This document shows, piece after piece, positions 61,951 through 64,000 of a DNA stretch of 64,000 nucleotides. The position numbers and the translations under genes were made by a program. Position 1 is the first letter of the stretch; each line of letters begins with the position of its first letter. This DNA is from Eledone cirrhosa (lineage: Eukaryota): NCBI GenBank assembly GCA_964016885.1, contig OZ024753.1, forward strand, positions 36,642,001 to 36,706,000. The letters are read 5' to 3'. The notes under the pieces are model-generated. The model had not been told where the DNA came from, made no database searches, and saw nothing but the letters and a program-made list of their open reading frames with translations.

Positions 61951-62569
61951 AACTAAAAAACTCAATCTGTGAACGCAGAAGTGAATATTTCATCAAAAAA
62001 CCTTGCAACCGGAGGAAGACAGGAAGACGATACTTTGGTTCGTGGAAACGTTCCCTGGCAAAGAACGGGAAAAAACGAAGATAATACGTCATTATTTGGA
62101 GCTGCATGCAGCTTTCGACTAGAGATCGCAACGATTTCGGCCCCCTTCCGACAGCACCGTTCTCTCGTGTGGTGCGGAACTGTATTGATTCTAGTAAGGA
62201 TAAAAACACGACGCCGGGAATCAAATCCATTACCTTACGATGGTAATGGTTATGGAGATGGTGATGGTAATAGTGATGGTGATGGTGATGCTGGTGGCGA
62301 TAGTGGTGATGGTGGTGGCAGTCACAGTGATGATGGTAATGGTGTTGGTGGTGGTGGTGGTGATGGTCGTGTTGATGGTCGTGTTGATAGTGGTGATAGC
62401 GACGTTGCTTAAAAATAAATGGAAACAACACCGGCTGACGTACAACCAATTATTGCATCTCATTTCTCCCTCACACATTCATTCTCACTATTCTCACTAC
62501 CATTATACACACACACACACACATACACACACATACATACATACATACATACATACATACATACATACA

Positions 62570-62600
<31 letters not shown>

Positions 62601-62959
62601 TACACCGGCTTATTGATGCGTCGTTGACTGTTGACAATGAACGAAAGGGTGCCTGACGGATGTTAAGCTAAAAAACGATGCGTAATTATCCACTTGAGTT
62701 CCGGTTTGGCAGGTCAACTGTTCGATAGAGGTTATCTCCCAGCACTTGTCGCCACTTGTCATCACTTGTCATCATTTGTCCTCAGTTGTCATCGCTTGGC
62801 TTTACACGCTGACGACCATTTTACATTCTAAAGTTATTTACCCACCGCTTCAGGTATTCAGTTTTCATTCAGCTGAAGGCTGAACACTGAACACTGACTG
62901 TTTACAGATTACTGCAGAGAGCATACGATGTCAGTTACAAAGTTCATACGTTGACTACG

Positions 62960-63362
62960 AAGGAGTGATGCTATGGCTGTGAAATCTTGCATGCATTAAT
63001 TTTAACACTACTTATTAATAACTGCCCTGTTTCATTCCAGGGACTATGTTGAAAAATAAACTTCATTTGGTCATTCCATGAATATCTAGGTTAGTCTATG
63101 AAAGAGTGAAGCTAGATCTGTGAAGTCTTGTATGCATTAATGTTAGTTCTTCTTATTAATAACTGCCTTCTTTCTTTCTAGAGACTACATGGAAAATTAA
63201 ACCTCATTTGGTCATTCCATGAGTATTTTGGTCAGCCTATGAAGGCGGGATGTTTGAGCTGTGTAATCATGCATACACTAATGTCAGTTCTTTTTATAAA
63301 TAATTGCCTTGTTTCTTTTCATGAACTATGTGGACAAATAAACCTCATTTGGTCATTCCAAT
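62960..63362. repeat. Diverged 141-bp tandem repeat, three units
   Basis: CATTTGGTCATTCCA at 63064, 63205 and 63346. Confidence 0.85.
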
Positions 63363-63792
63363 GGTATAAACTTTTCATTCGCCCCTAGTCGTCGATATTG
63401 TGTACTGTATATAATAAGACACGTGGCTTAATGATTAGGCTTGCGATCATGAAGTCGTGAGTTCGATGCCCATACTGGGTGTGTGTGTATGTAATGATCT
63501 TTGTTAAAAAATATATAGGACCAATATGTAGAAAGCAATATACAGAACACAAGATAGTTTAATTTGTCTATTTGAAACTTACTTGCTTGACAGACTTTAT
63601 GCATGTCAGAGTTTTAATATTCTTTTCAAATCATTTGCATTTGAATTATGTCAGGGCCCAGGTCGCAAAGGGTGTGACGAATTTTGTTCACACCAAGTAA
63701 TATGAAGTGAACCTAATAACGTTAGTATTTTCAAATGGCCAAAATGTCTTTTCCAAGATCTCATGTTGAATATACGAAACTTTCTGTTAGTT

Positions 63793-63903
<111 letters not shown>

Positions 63904-64000
63904 ATGTATGTAAGTAGATAAATAGATAAATTTATATATATATATATATATATGAGTGTATGTTGAGTATGTATATATATGAGCGTGTGTGTGCGTGTGT

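Noticed and set aside
62960-63362. Tandem units with polypyrimidine-AG and GTTAGT signals as duplicated exons
   Set aside because: The putative 49-nt exon has stops in all three frames and the third unit lacks the AG.

Overview
AT-rich, microsatellite-saturated eukaryotic DNA. The SINE families match my recollection of Octopus repeats, so a cephalopod source is likely, but this is an inference. No host protein-coding exon is recognisable, and nearly all track ORFs are translated (TA)n/(CA)n/trinucleotide repeats. Real coding signal is retroelement-only: three 3' ends of a Tx1/L1-clade LINE sitting in (CTAT)n tracts, a decayed Tx1-type RT, a Penelope-type GIY-YIG endonuclease and a CRE-like C-terminus. 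The main hidden system is a set of at least 7 distinct families of short Penelope-like inserts in (TA)n tracts. Most are built as fold-back hairpins with a fixed unpaired tail, and most families carry a minimal type I hammerhead ribozyme with a palindromic stem-loop III (one shows stem I covariation). One insert has captured 185 bp of neighbouring genomic DNA, and another is a two-family chimera. Also present are about 12 copies of one tRNA-derived SINE, other SINEs, a piggyBac-type MITE, a 127/121-bp dimeric satellite linked to a SINE head, and a few candidate regulatory islands. All folds and alignments were done by eye.
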